From: Curvularia clavata
Lineage: Eukaryota
Direction of reading: 5' to 3'
Length of the DNA: 64,000 nucleotides
Assembly: GCA_023920165.1 (NCBI GenBank)
Contig: CP089275.1
Location: forward strand, 1,612,001-1,676,000
Shown: one piece after another, positions 26,192 to 39,344 of the stretch
How positions within the stretch are numbered: the first letter of the stretch is position 1
Layout: the number at the start of each line of letters is the position of its first letter
Made by a program: the position numbers and the translations under genes
The notes under the pieces: generated by a model
Seen by the model: the letters and a program-made list of their open reading frames with translations, nothing else
What the model was told of the DNA's origin: nothing
The model's database searches: none

Positions 26192-26531
26192 CAACCATCT
26201 CTCTTTCACTGCACTTTGTTCTACTTTCCATTATCAACCGCTTGCCGTCTCCAGAACGTTTCCGAAAGCAGCACCATATTTGAAGACTGGCCTACCAACA
26301 TGCTACCTTGAATTTTGTGGGGTGCTCCGCCCCATTTCATGGTTACGCTGCCTACGTACCGCCAACCCATGGTTTATATACCTACAAACACAAGTCGCCT
26401 TTCCCACAATTCCTCTCGAGTCGAAATACAGACCGCATCGAGCTGTACCGTTTCTTCAATTCTGATCGCTTGGCACCGCGCCCCGCATCACCACGCTTTT
26501 AGTATATACCCTCGCAACAACATCCTCCACG

Positions 26532-27440
26532 ATGCCGGCTCTTAGTCTCTTTGAACTGGCCCGCCAGCGGCTCATTAAAAACATCGACATGCTTCGCGAC
26601 GTTGGCGATCTGCCCTACTCCTTCCTGCAACCCGTTCTCCGATTTGTACAAAGTCCAGACCAGCTTATAGAGCTCGAGTCCAACTGCCCTCAACTACTCG
26701 GCGAGACAGGCGAGATATGGCTGCGCTTCATAAAGCGGGACATACCAGACTGGGAAAAGAAGCCACACGAACCACGCGATCCTCGGAATTGGAGCAAAGT
26801 TTATCGCAAGCTTAAGAAAGAGGCGGAGCGAGAGAAACAAGCGGATGAGGAGGCCTTGAAACAGCAAATGAGGGCGTTGCAGAACGATCGCGCACAAAAC
26901 AAGACGCTTATCGTGGACAGCAGGATCGGATATGGACCTGGCGGTAGTAGGATGTTTACCGGCCGAACAACAACACCTTGGGGCCAGCCTTCTGGTGCGC
27001 CAGCAAAGACCGGCAAGGCCGCCTTTGACAAATTAAAACGTGGAATGTTCGATCATGGGCGAGAGCGTCCTAAAGCAAGTCAAATACCGGCACATATCCT
27101 TGCCCAAAGGAAAAGGGGGGTTCAACAAGCACCAGCGCGCATGATTCGCATGGCTGAGAGCGAGGCTCCTCGAAGTATGGTCTTGTCTAAGCAGGCCTCG
27201 ACATCAATGAACAACAGACCAGAGTCGTCAAGGCCCGCGCCTTCTACTGCCAACCGCCCTAATATCACACAACGACCAGCACCCGCAAAAAACAACCCGC
27301 CACCAACACGGACGTCTCTGCCAACGGGACAGCAGTTTAATGTGCCAAAACCGAGGCCCACAAGTGGTGGTATGGCACCTGCGCCCAAGAGGAAGAGAGA
27401 GGAATACAGCATGTTCCAGCCGAAGAAGAAGAGGGTGTAG
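26532..27440 (+). CDS. ELA1: Elongin A / RNA polymerase II transcription factor SIII subunit A3-like
   Basis: BC-box-like start MPALSLFELARQRLIKNI, then DVGDLPYSFLQPVL..SPDQLIELESNCPQL..EIWLRFIKRD and SWSKVY-like motif. Confidence 0.88.
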   Translation: MPALSLFELARQRLIKNIDMLRDVGDLPYSFLQPVLRFVQSPDQLIELESNCPQLLGETGEIWLRFIKRDIPDWEKKPHEPRDPRNWSKVYRKLKKEAEREKQADEEALKQQMRALQNDRAQNKTLIVDSRIGYGPGGSRMFTGRTTTPWGQPSGAPAKTGKAAFDKLKRGMFDHGRERPKASQIPAHILAQRKRGVQQAPARMIRMAESEAPRSMVLSKQASTSMNNRPESSRPAPSTANRPNITQRPAPAKNNPPPTRTSLPTGQQFNVPKPRPTSGGMAPAPKRKREEYSMFQPKKKRV

Positions 27441-28499
27441 GACTACTAGTCTTGACGAAATCATTGAATATTCTACAACGGTGGCAAAGCTAAGCGTAAT
27501 TTGGCAAACAGCAGCGTTTTGGGATTATATTGCTGCCAACCACGACTTGGGTTTTATTCGCACGAAGAGGCGCTCTGGTGTTAGGTTATACTTGGGGACA
27601 TGTGTTATAGAATATCAGCGCAAGGTCTGCACTGAGGGGTGTTGTATGTGTGTTGTCTAGTTCTTGTTGCTATGAGAATGTTTAATATTCGAGCCTCTGT
27701 CTTGCAAACTGTACACCTACTGCTGGCTGCCTGCTCTAGCTCGTCGCTTTGATGTTCTTATTTGACTGGTGGGCATACATGGTATCACCAGCCACTTTGT
27801 CCAGGACTATTCTGAGTGGAGAGGAAACAGCGAAAAATACGTTTGCTAAGTGATGCTACTTCTGAAGCGTCCTTTGGTTAGCTCAACAATGTTGTTTGTT
27901 TTTGGTTCGACCACGCCAAGCAGAGAGGCTGTTCCTGGATTCTTAGGCATTCAACGAGTACCATGGTCGCTCAGGCCTTGGGCATGTCGGCTATAGCTAC
28001 AGCTATCGCAATGTCCTCTGGAAGAAGTCTTTTGATATGAGCCGTCGCAGCGCACTAGGCTACGCTGGCTGTCGCCTAACGCGCGTCAAGTTAGACGGAG
28101 GGTTTGGGACTGGTTTAGGCACCCAGTTCAATACTTGGATGTACCAGAGGAGCATAGCGCAGATGGTCTTGGTAGACGAGATAGTTTAGACGGTCATGCT
28201 GGCGTCAGAATGGGGGATTGGTAATTTGATAGTATGGCTAGGAATAGAAAGGAGGGCAGACAGCTAGCCGCAAAGGACATTGTGGTCGAGCAGCCGTTCG
28301 ACACGGGCGTTGACAGTGTTCCTGCAGACGGGGTGACGTCAAGAGAGCACATGAGCGGGTGGGAAGAGGCCAAGGGGTTTCAGCTGCGAGGGACCATGTG
28401 AGAAGACGACGAGGTGAGGCACGCGGCGGCCTTGTCTCCCTCCTGCTCGAGGGGGGCCGACTGTGGCGTCACGCGGCGAGGGCCTGGCCATCACGCGCG

Positions 28500-28575
28500 A
28501 TATACTCACATACATACATATATACACACACATGTATGTACATCTGCACCTCGACGCATACATGCATACATAGAT
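28500..28575. repeat. Imperfect (TACA/TA/CA)n microsatellite
   Basis: tatactcacatacatacatatatacacacacatgtatgtaca...catacatgcatacatagata. Confidence 0.6.
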
Positions 28576-28832
28576 ATCCTAGCCGCCCTGGCAACTCTTG
28601 TCTTTTCTTCTTCTCCCACCTTGTTCGCCTCGTCCCCCCACATTGCGCAGCCCGCCACAAGCGACCAGCCTAGACCGCGCCGGGCGTAGCGGGCGACCTC
28701 GAGACGTGCCCTATCCACGGCGCAACCAGACGCAGCGTCGGGCGTGCGGTTATCTAGGGGAAATCCTCTCCTCCGTCGCCCCTGGTGGACCGCCGACTCC
28801 GGACCGAGACGCGTTGCAGCTTTTTCAGCGCC

Positions 28833-30877
28833 ATGGCGACGTTTGCGCCCGACAGGCCTGCCATGGACGCTGGCGACAAACCCCACCACGAGCCCCCACC
28901 ACCGCCTCTCCCACACCCACTCCCACTCCCACTCCCACACGGACCCTTCTCTCACCAGCTCAGCCCGCCCACCTCTGCCTCTGCCTCGTACGCCTCCAAC
29001 ACGCCCCAGATTGCCCGACGACCCTCGCGCGACCTCCGCCACCACCTGTCCAACGGCGCAATGGCTGGCGCAAACTCCCACGCGCCCATGGCCGTCCCCG
29101 GCGGCCGCATCAACGGTCACGAGCATCGAGCAAACCTGCGCGACATGGGTTTCGCCGGCCCGCGCAGCCCCCCCAACAACAAGAGTACCTATCTCCTGGC
29201 ACCCTTCTTCTACCTCTGCTGACCTCTCCAGACACCTCACATGTCCCCTGCAAGTTCTACCGCCAGGGCGCATGCCAGGCAGGCAAGGCCTGTCCCTTTC
29301 TGCACTCGGACGAGCCCTTGACCGAGAGGGCGCCCTGCAAGTACTTCACAAAGGGAAACTGCAAGTTTGGCCAAAAGTGTGCCCTCGCCCACATCCTGCC
29401 CAACGGCCATGTCGTCAACCGTGGAAATGCCCAGGGCCATTTTGGCCGCATGAACATCCCACACCACCCCGAGATGCCCATGAATAGCTCGCTGCTTACC
29501 ATGCAGGCACACATGGGCGGCATGCAGCCAGGATACCCGTACGCCATCCAGGACGACTACGTCAACCAAAAGAACCAGTACGATATGATCCCCACCATCG
29601 ACACCACCTTCTCCTCCCACCCCGGCTCCAACTACGGCTCGCCGCCAAATGAGAACGGCCGACTGCCCATCTCGCCTACACAAAAGGGCCTCAGCGTCAT
29701 GGATGTTGGGCTGCCAGCCTCCTTTGACAGCCAAGGCGTTTCTACCATGGCCCGCTACGGTCCCATTGCTTCATCAGTACCAGCCAAGTTCCTCGCCAAC
29801 TCTCCTCCATCTTCGTTTCCAGCTGATTCGCTCGCGCTCCGAAACCTGCATGACTCGGCATTTGGCGATGGCTCGCGGAGGGGAATTGGAGCACTGGGTT
29901 CTTCGCCGCCAGAATCGGTAGAGCAGCCAGCGGGCAGAAGGATGCTGCACTCCGAGCTGGCTGCGAATCGCTCCCGTGGTATCATGTCTTCGAGCCTAGG
30001 CGCACGACCTGCGTACAAAGATGAAGAGTGGGATGAAACAGATATGATTGGCAAATTCGAGGAGGATCTTTTGCCAAACTCGCTCAGCGACCTGCTGACT
30101 CCTCAGGAAAAGATGCGTCGCTTCTCACGCGACCAGGGTGAAAACGAAGGCTCTTTCTCACAGCGTACTGCACAATCCAGGCTCGGCGTGTCGCCAACCG
30201 CTTCCGACCTCAAATTTGGATCCCCGTCAACCGCTTCTCCTTCCCGTTTCCAGTCCATGTGGGCTAAGCCTCGTGGACCAACGTACGACAGCGCATTCGA
30301 GTCGGGTTCCTTGCCAGGTCCGTCAGCCTTTGGACATGTCGGCTCGCCGCTCCGTAATTCAAGCCTTCACCCTGGAGCAAGCCCTTCGCTGCGTGCCATC
30401 AGCCGCCCTACTACCGGCGATGCGAGCCCTTACCTATCTTCTCCTCCCCGCCAAGCTCCCTTGAGCATGAGCATGATCAGCCAGCAACTGCAGAGAACTC
30501 GCTTGTCTGCTCGAGACGAAGCGGGCGTCACCAGCAACCCAGTCCATCCCGGTATCAACCGCGTTACTTCGGGCAGCAACATCGGAAACTCCAATGGACG
30601 TCTTGGCATAGATCGTGCTGTTAGCAGCAGCAGCATTAACCGCGAGAGGATTGAGGAAGAACAGGGTCTGTTCAGCATGGAAGAAGAGGAGGATGTCAAC
30701 AAGAGCAGGGATGGGGCGTCGACCACCTCGAGCACAAGCAACAAGCGCTTGAGCGGCCTTTCGTGGGGCAGCGGAGGTGGCAAGGCCAGCCCCAATCTGG
30801 CGCCTGTTGGTGGCCATCGTACCACCGCCACGTCAGGCCTTTCCAAGGACACTGGGGTCTGGGGAAGTAATGCCTAG
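28833..30877 (+). CDS. Tandem CCCH zinc-finger protein (Lee1/Cps3-like)
   Basis: RSPPNNK|NTSHVPCKFYRQGACQAGKACPFLH and PCKYFTKGNCKFGQKCALAH; FEEDLLPNSLSDLLTPQEKMRRFSR. Intron 29185-29231. Confidence 0.88.
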
Positions 30878-31942
30878 GCCTCTTTTTTTGACACCAAGTC
30901 TTGCTCTTCCATCCACTTCTACATTGCAACCTATCTGTACCACCCGGAAATTAGCATATCTCGACATGTCGGCGAGCGGTTGGAAAATCGAGCGTTTTGG
31001 GCGACTTTCTTTTGCATTTAGAGGGCAATAACCTCTTCATTTTCATTCACTTTTTCTTTCCCCAGCATACACATATAAAAAGTCTTGGAGCTTCGGCCTT
31101 TTGCGCATCCCAGCGGGCGTCACCAGACAACATCGTGGCAACGATGTTGCGGGTTTATTTGTTTTGGCCTTTTTTTCCTCCTCTATATATCTCTTGAAAA
31201 GGAGCTGTTATTCTCTTCCCCATTTTCTAGGTTATATCTCTTTTTCTTTTCAAATTTCATTCTTCTATGAATGATGGGAGTTGAATACCTGATCAAGTCA
31301 CGTGGGGAACATATATATATACAACTATCTGAAAGGGGAGGATTATGTTTCTTTTTCTCTCTCTCGAGACGGATCATATGCTGAACATGATGCACGATTT
31401 TCCTTTTTATATGGTTTGTTTGGGTTGGCTCTTGAGACATACAATCAATGAGATATGAACGGCGTATGTATGCGGAGATGAGCGGGAATGGAATGTATAG
31501 TCTGGACGAGTCTTGTACGTGGGGTTCTGGGGACGTGGTAAAGAATAGTGTAGAAGATATATACATATATTTTTATGTGCGCTCGATTTCTTTCGATGAG
31601 AGGGGGTTGTGGAAGAGGTGCAAGTAGAGCAGTATGCATTGCTAGATGTACTAGGATGGTCACTACGCACTCCTTGCCCTTATTCACTCTGCTACAGCCA
31701 TATTCCCTCAAAGCATAAAATTCCGAATATGCACGCGAGTCCAAAAGACCTAGCAATACTTCTCGCTCGGATTACAAAATCATGGTACATCATTGTTCTT
31801 ACTATTCAAATGGTGGTGGTTCATTCCTAGACCAAAACCATGCACCGGTCTACAAGTCTTCAAAAGCCCGCCAGGCCATATAAGACCGCATACTCCTCTA
31901 TCTTCTCCCAAAACAAACAACCTCCCACCATATCTTACACAT

Positions 31943-33652
31943 CTACAGCCTTGCCCTCTTCACAACACCCAGCCCCACATCCCCCTTCCACCTGTCCTTC
32001 AGCACCCTCCTCAAAATCTTCCCACTCGCACTCTTCGGCACCTCCTTCACAAACACCACACCGCCCCTCAACCTCTTATGATTCGCGACCTTTTTATCCG
32101 TCCACTCTACAATTCCCCTCGCCTCCTGCTCGCCCGCCCTCTCCCTAATCGCCTGCGCAGGAACCACGTACGCCCTGGGCACCTCGGTATGCATCTCTTC
32201 GTCTTGGACGCCGATAACCGCCACATCATCTACAAGCTCGTTCTCCATGAGCTTCCCCTCGAGCTCCGCAGGCGCAACTTGAAAACCTTTGTACTTGATG
32301 AGTTCCTTTACGCGGTCCGTAATGTAGAAGTTGCCGTGGGTGTCTTGGAAGCCAATGTCGCCGGTTTTGAAGAAGCCGTCGGGCGTGAAGGACGAGGCGG
32401 TGGCCGAGGGGTTCTTCCAGTAGCCCGTGAAGACGGTGGGGCCGCGTAGGAGGAGTTCGCCTGGGGTGCCGGGCCCGACGGGCGTGCCATTGGGAGAAAT
32501 GTATTTGGCGGTTAGGTTGGGGAGCAGTTTGCCGACGCTGCCTATGTAGGTGTTCCATTCGTCCCAGGGCTGGAGGGTGATGTTAGTATGGAGGAGATAT
32601 TAGGGGTTAGAGGGTTAATGTACCTGGGCGTGTGTCATGGCGCTTGTTTCGCTCAAGCCGTATGCCTGGTTGACTTTGAGGTTCAGCTTCTCGTACACGG
32701 TGTCGACGAGTTCTCGTGTAAGCGGTGCGGCGCCACAGGTAATCATTTTCACGGATGAGAGGTCGTACGCTCGTGCCATGTTGTCTCGGGATAGGCGCAC
32801 AATAACAGGTGGTGCTACGTATATGTGTGTGATTTTGTGTTCTTGGATGGCTTGGAGGAAAGTCTTCAGGTCGAATGCAGGCATCACGATGAGCTCAATC
32901 CCGCGGTGCATGACTTGATGCACGAGTGCAGTGAGGCCATAGAGGTGGAAAAAGGGGAGCACACCTAGGAACTTGTCTTCTGCTGAGGAGTACCAGTGGC
33001 CGACACCTCCCTGCACAACGAGTACATTTGATACAATGTTTCGGTGGATGAGCTGGACACCTTTGGGTAGGCCTGTTGTTCCAGAACTGTATGCAAGGAA
33101 TGCGATGTCTTGCGGGTCGGCTTTCCTTCTACGATATCGCGCAGAGCTGGAGGTTTTTCTGATACTAGTCCAGTGCTTGCATTGATGGGTTTCGTCTCTC
33201 TCGGCACCAAGCAAGATGACCCGGTCGTTTGGGATGCCGACTTTCTTTGCAGCGTCCAACGCAGTCTTCATGGATGCTTTGGTTGTGACGAGTGCCTTGG
33301 CCTCTGCGTTCTCAAGTTGGTAGGCCAGTTCATCCTTGGAATAGCTGGGATTCGCGGGTGTAACGATCCCCCCGGCAAAAAAAGTACCGTAGATCACAGG
33401 TGAAATGTCGACGTCGTTGGGCGCATAGAGCGCCAGAACATCATTCTTCTGCCAGTCCCAGAGATTCCGAAGTCCTTCACCAAAAAGAGTTGCGAGGTTC
33501 CTCACGTCGGCGAATGTGTGCTTTCGATCCGAATCGACTGCTCGGTAGATGACTTTGTCGTCTGGAAAGTCGCGGTCTTTCCGGTCAAAGGTGATCCCCC
33601 ATATATCCGTGTCTGGGATCTCGACATCCGGAAATGGTGAGTTGGAAGCCAT
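31943..33652 (-). CDS. 4-coumarate-CoA ligase-like AMP-binding acyl-CoA synthetase, probably peroxisomal
   Basis: YSSGTTGLPKGV, QAYGLSET, GFFKTGDIG, DRVKELIKYKGFQVAPAELE and PKSASGKILRR; C-terminal ARL is PTS1-like. Intron 32570-32623. Confidence 0.92.
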
Positions 33653-35663
33653 GCTGTGTGTCAGTATCAGACAGAGAGATCAAAAGCCATCAATTCACGC
33701 AGCGGTATGGAAGGTATGTTTATGTTATACTTGTCGAAGCTTGTATTGTCGTTGTATTATGGACGCCTAACAACGTCACATGTTTAGTGGACCGGACGGG
33801 AGGTGAACCAGGCCGCTTCATTGGCGCAAATATCCTTAGACTCGGATTTAACCATAAGCTGATTGAGCGGCGACGATACCCAATACCAAGTGCTGGTACC
33901 AATGATTTGGCAAGATACATAGGGCGGAGCAAGGCGATTACTAGCCGACTAGTGTGGAGAACCTCGGTTTCCACCGTTGTAACGTTGGCTGCACCTCGAG
34001 CCAGCGATCTGCTCTCACGTCAGCCCCGCAGAGTGTCGTTGTGCCTGCCAATGCAATGAGATGGCGCCATTGTGCTGTGAAATCTAGCCATTCTTCGTAA
34101 CGAATGATTCAGCAAACGGCTAGCTGACAATACGGGCAATGCTCAGCCACTGTTGGAGATCGGTGTATCGCTGTGAGATATAATATCACCAATCTGGTCA
34201 TTTTGGGGTTATGGAAGTGCAAGAGAGACAGACCTAACACATGCAGTGTTCAGTCTCTTTCTTTTTTCACCTTAGCATGCGTCGTGTCTGGTGGCTAGCT
34301 CTTGAACGTTACATGTCAGAAAAACAAAACAAAAAAAAACGGTCGACTGATGCGGTGTTGGGTTACCCTCCTCTCTCTTCGACCCTTCGACGACTAGTAG
34401 GAGAACTACGTTTCCAAGTAATGCACTGCCATCTGCAATAAACCAGATATCCAGACGAGCAAAGAATACCGGTGAACAAGTAATGTTTTACAGCACCAGA
34501 CTGGTCAGAAAATTTCCCGAGTTTCAGTCGTACCAAACAGCTTCTTAGCACGATTTCAAAGCACTGGTTATGCTTGACCCCAGCCTAGCAACCCTGACAT
34601 ACCATACATAGCGGACATAGACATGTCAGCTAGGATAATACCTCCATGGCACGTGACTACGCGTCGGGTGTCGGAATGCGCAAGGCATCGGGAGCGCCGG
34701 AAGGAGCCACGCAATGGTATGCGGTTTTCAGGGAATGTATCCGGCAAGAGCTAGGTACACAGATTGCGCTGGGACAGTTTTCCGGTCGTACAGCAAGGAT
34801 GCAACGAACTCGGTGTTAGTGTGCGGGCTGGGCTGGGCACAAGGCTCAAATCGATGATGGAGACTTGACCCTGCGACTTGTCCGCGTAAGTGGGGCTCCG
34901 GGCTACCGCGCGTACAGGCGTTTGGCTGAGCTCTGGGCCGACGGTGGCTTTGTGTGATGTCGGATCCGATTGCACATGCTTTTGGCCCAAGCGACCTGAG
35001 ACGGATATCGATGAATGGGCGGACAGGACGAGGGCAACGTCAGTCAGGTTGAAGGAAACTAAAGGATGCCGCAGGCTAGGGACCGTTCCCGCACTGCGCA
35101 CGGTCTACCGTAATGGTGGGGGGGGGGAAGGCGCGAGCGAATGCGAACCACGTCGACCGACCGGGTGGCCGGACGACCCACCCTTCTATCTTTCAGTTCA
35201 CCCATCAGGGTGCCCTACGCTACGCCTCGCTGTATTTCGCTCGGCTTCATTCCAACCTGTCGCCCCAATCCGCCGCATCCATTTGCTCGCTGGGCAGCTC
35301 CCACTGTCGACACGCTCGTGACAGGCCAGACGACTGGTCCAGCAGCTCCATCGACTTCACGCCAGCAGGGCCGCCTCTTCGCTCAGGCTCCGCTGACCAA
35401 CCGCCCTCCTGGGACTCTCCCCTCCTGCTCTCGGATTCGGCGTGGGCGGCGTGATTGGCTGAGCTGGGGCTGTGCCGTGGGGAGGCGTGCACCGTCGAGG
35501 CCCCATACGGCGTCATCGCTGAGGCGTGGACGGAAGAAGGGCAATTTCTCTGCAGCGTGATATCTGCACCACGACTTGGACTGGGCCCTTACAGGCCGTC
35601 TCAGCTGGCAGGGAGCCCGGCCTTAACCCAAGTGTCACCGGCACCTACTTCTAATACCACAAC

Positions 35664-35850
35664 ATGGGTAAGTGCCCCTCGACTTTCCCCTCCTAAATTC
35701 ACCCATCGTCCACCCTCGAGCCCAGCCCAGCGCACGGCGCCATCACGGTTCGGTTTTTTTTTCTCTTCAAAGTCCTCAAGCCCTCGCTGCCTGCGTGCTG
35801 ACTCCTGTCTGCCAGAATCTGCAGGAGACACCTATCGTCCCAGTGACCGT
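35664..35850 (+). CDS. Putative upstream micro-exons (35664-35667 and 35816-35850) giving an alternative N-terminus of the Gbp2/Hrb1-like gene
   Basis: ACAACATGG|GTAAGT; GCTGAC branch then CAG|AATCTGCAGGAGACACCTATCGTCCCAGTGACCGT|GTGAGT; splices in frame to CAG|CGC at 36252. Confidence 0.65.
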
Positions 35851-36221
35851 GTGAGTACACCCGTCTCTTACCTTGTCTTGTCGCCAATCGTCGTGCCCCA
35901 GCCATGTGAGCAGGCGGCAAAACGAAGCCCAGTACACTCTTCGCCCCCACATGGCCGAGGCTGCTCGGGAGGCGTCTGCATATCCGTCGTCTCCATCCTC
36001 CCCTTTCGCTCTTCGCTCAAACGTGTCGTGTCGTGTCCAGCTGTGACCTGTGAGAGTTGGGTCACGTGACCGGCGGCAACTGCCGCCCAAGCTTGAGCTA
36101 CTCTCACTCGCCCGCTCGCGCAACCTCTCCTTCCAACACCATCAAGCCTGCGAGTCTGCAACAACTCGCCGAGTCTTTCCCGCATTGCCTCACTGCCGCA
36201 TTGCGTCTTTCTGTTGCAACC

Positions 36222-37860
36222 ATGTCGTACGAAACTGACAACTATGATCAGCGCGATCGCTCCCCCCGTCGTCGCTCTCGCTCGCCGCGACGCTCCAGAC
36301 GCTCCTACTCACCTCGCAGTCGTTCTCGCAGTCGAGACGACTACCGCCGCACTGAACGTCGCTCGCGCTCTCCCAACAGCGGTGCTCAGGCTGCCTCCAG
36401 CTATCAGTCATACGGTGCCGGCAGAGGTGGCTCGTCGCGACCCTCTGAAAACAAGACCGAGATGATGCAGAACATCCGAGAGTCCTCGCAACAAGACCGT
36501 CGCGTCTACGTCGGCAATCTGTCCTACGATGTCAAGTGGCACCACCTAAAGGACTTCATGCGCCAAGGTACGGCTGTGTCTTGCGTCGCGTCAAGAGCTG
36601 GGCTAATGTGGAAATAGCTGGAGAGGTCCTCTTTGCAGATGTCTTGCTGCTGCCCAACGGAATGTCAAAGGTAACAAAAAACGGCCTGTCTTTGGGATAG
36701 GAAAGAGATTGATGGGTGTAGGGCTGTGGCATCGTTGAGTATGCAACTCGGGAGCAGGCGCAGAACGCCGTCGAAACTCTCAGCAACCAGAACCTCATGG
36801 GCCGACTCGTATACGTTCGCGAAGACCGAGAGGCAGAGCCTCGCTTCAGCGCCCCTAGTTCCCGTGGTGACTTTGGCGGCGGAATGGGTCGTGGCGGCGG
36901 CTACGGTGGCTACGGTGGTCACGCTGCTGGAGGCGCTGCTGGAGGCGCTGCTGGCAACGCGGCACGAACCGTCTATGTTTCCAACGTCTGTTCCCCTTGT
37001 CTTTTCTTCCTCGCCCTTCCGTATGGCACCTCGTACTGACTTGTTCGCTTCAGCTTCCATACAACGTCGGGTGGCAGGACCTGAAGGACCTCTTCCGCCA
37101 GGCCGCTAATACTGGTCAAGTCATTCGCGCTGATGTTCACATTGCCCCTGATGGCCGCCCCAAGGGTTCCGGTATTGTCGCATTCGAAACGCCCGAGGAC
37201 TGCCGGAATGCTATCACCCAGTTCAACGGCTATGACTGGCAGGGTCGCACTCTCGAGGTTCGTGAGGACCGCTACGCCGGCGCTCCTCCCGGCTTCGGCT
37301 TCGGCGGACGTGGAGGTTTTGGCGCCCGCGGTGGTTTCGGTGGTCGTGGCGGTTTCGGCGGTCGTGGTGGTTACGGAGGCTTTGGTCGCGGTGGCTTCAA
37401 TGGTGGATACGGTGGTGCCGGTGGTCCTGGTTTCGACCCCAACGCTGCTCCTCCTGCCCCGAACCCATTCACAGACTTTGCTACTGCAGGTGGAGAGCCC
37501 AGCAACATCATCTACGTCCGCAACCTACCTTGGTCGACTAGCAATGAGGATCTCGTCGAGCTCTTCACTACGATTGGCAAGGTCGAACGCGCTGAGATTC
37601 AGTACGAGCCCAACGGTCGCTCTCGTGGAACCGGTGTAGTCGAGTTCGAGAAGGCTGCAGATGCAGAGACATCTATCGGTATGTTTCTCGGGTTTGTCGC
37701 ACGTTCATCTACTAACATGCCTGCAGCTAAATTCACTGGCTACCAGTATGGCGGTAGACCTCTGGGTCTTGCCTACGTCAAGTACACCAATGTCAACAAC
37801 GGCGATGCCATGGAGGGTACTGAGCACACTAGCGGTCTGACCCAGGACCAGATCATGTAA
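36222..37860 (+). CDS. SR-like three-RRM mRNA-binding protein (Gbp2/Hrb1/SnxA family)
   Basis: RS-rich N-terminus; RRMs [35 protein letters not shown] and [22 protein letters not shown] boxes. Introns 36568-36617, 36671-36721, 36986-37053 and 37679-37726. Confidence 0.92.
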
Positions 37861-38203
37861 TTGCCGCTTGTTTGCCATGTATCTGGAGTGCTCGACGTGT
37901 CTGTGCTGGTGCATGTACATTTCCTATTTGCAGTGTCCATGAGCCCATTTACATCAGGGACAAGTCTTTTTTCTTTCTTTCTCATCTGCATCTCTCCATT
38001 GAAGCCTGGAGGGAATATCTTGCGAGTCAGTTCTGGTATCGGGAAATGCTGTAGGGGAACAAAATCTCCTTTCTCTACTCAAAAGCTAGCTGTCGGGATG
38101 TAGCTATAACACATCGAATGAGAACTCATGGGCCCAAGACATGTCTTTGCTTTACTGGTCTATTTGGTGCAAATACGTACGTACAGTTGAAGAAGGCTTT
38201 TCT

Positions 38204-39344
38204 CTACTGCAACAACTTCATCATCCACTCATACATGGCCCATTGCACGGCATTAACAACAAAGGCACGAACACTACATATGCCCAAGCCACGGACAAAG
38301 ACGCCCGCGCCCTCTGTCCGGTACGCTTGTTTTGCAATCTCAATTGAGCTCAATCGCTTCTTCGGCGTCTCAGACTGCAGCAGCCCGCGCTGCTCGCTCT
38401 GGCTTGCAGGAGCGTGCAGTATCTGAGTCTGCACTCTCGTCTTGATCATGTCTAATGGGAAAATGGAAGCCCAGCTAACGACGCCAGCCAAGCCACCGCA
38501 CATGAGGACTTTTAAGGCAGTCTGTTGGTCGGAATCATCGGGCGAACTGCAGGCTTGTTTGGACGCTTCATAGGTCCAAAAGCTGAGTTTGAGTTAGCCT
38601 TCTCTTACTGTGTTTAACGTTTCTCTCTTCCTTGAGAGTAGAAAAATGAAATAAAATGGAAAAAAGAACTTACTACAGCCCGTACCCCACCGCATCCCTC
38701 ACACTCGTAATCGCACCACCATAATACAGCCCTCTCACCCCCTCCGTCCTCCACACATCTCTCGCCACGCTCCACGACGTCGTGTGTGGACTCGTCGAGA
38801 CCTGCGCCCGGCACTTGATCAGCTCTGTCGGCGCGCTGACGACAAAGGACGCGAGACCGCCGGACACGCCGGCGAGAAAGACTTTGGATAGACTGGTGGG
38901 CGACGTCGGTGTGTCGTGCAGCAGAGACAGCGTGCGGTTGTATGTTACGAAGAGCAGGCCATTAAGGGCGCCATAGGTTAACACAGGGGCTGTTGCGCCT
39001 ATACTGCAATGGATTTTGTTAGCACTGAGAGTTCTTTATTTCTTTCTTGTTTTCTCTCTCCTCAATTGGAATCGTGGACTGAGGAGCTTACCTCTCACAA
39101 GCGTTCCTGCATTCTCAAATTGCGCCCTGAAGCCCTGTAGTGTCTGGAGTTGGGGCTGGACTGCGGCTGTAGTTGTAACTGTGGGAGCTATGGTTCCGCT
39201 TCCTCCTGTCGTCACCGTAGCTTCGACTACATGTTGCGGTGCGGTTTTACCGGCTTGTAATCGCGTTTTGATGAGGTCCAGTGGGTTTCCGATCACGATG
39301 CCTGCGGCGCCGGAGATGTAGCCGGCCCAGAAGTCGGCGGACAT
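38204..39344 (-). CDS. Mitochondrial carrier family protein (SLC25; carnitine/basic amino acid carrier-like)
   Basis: Three Px[D/E]xxKxRxQ signatures: PLDLIKTRLQ, PTELIKCRAQ and PLDMIKTRVQ. Introns 38999-39091 and 38583-38673. Confidence 0.92.

Noticed and set aside
28270..28325. GTTCGA-containing hairpin resembling a tRNA T-arm
   Set aside because: No cloverleaf, D-arm or proper acceptor stem could be built.
36061..36070. GTCACGTGAC E-box palindrome, with related CACGTG sites elsewhere
   Set aside because: A short, common motif; function cannot be supported from sequence alone.
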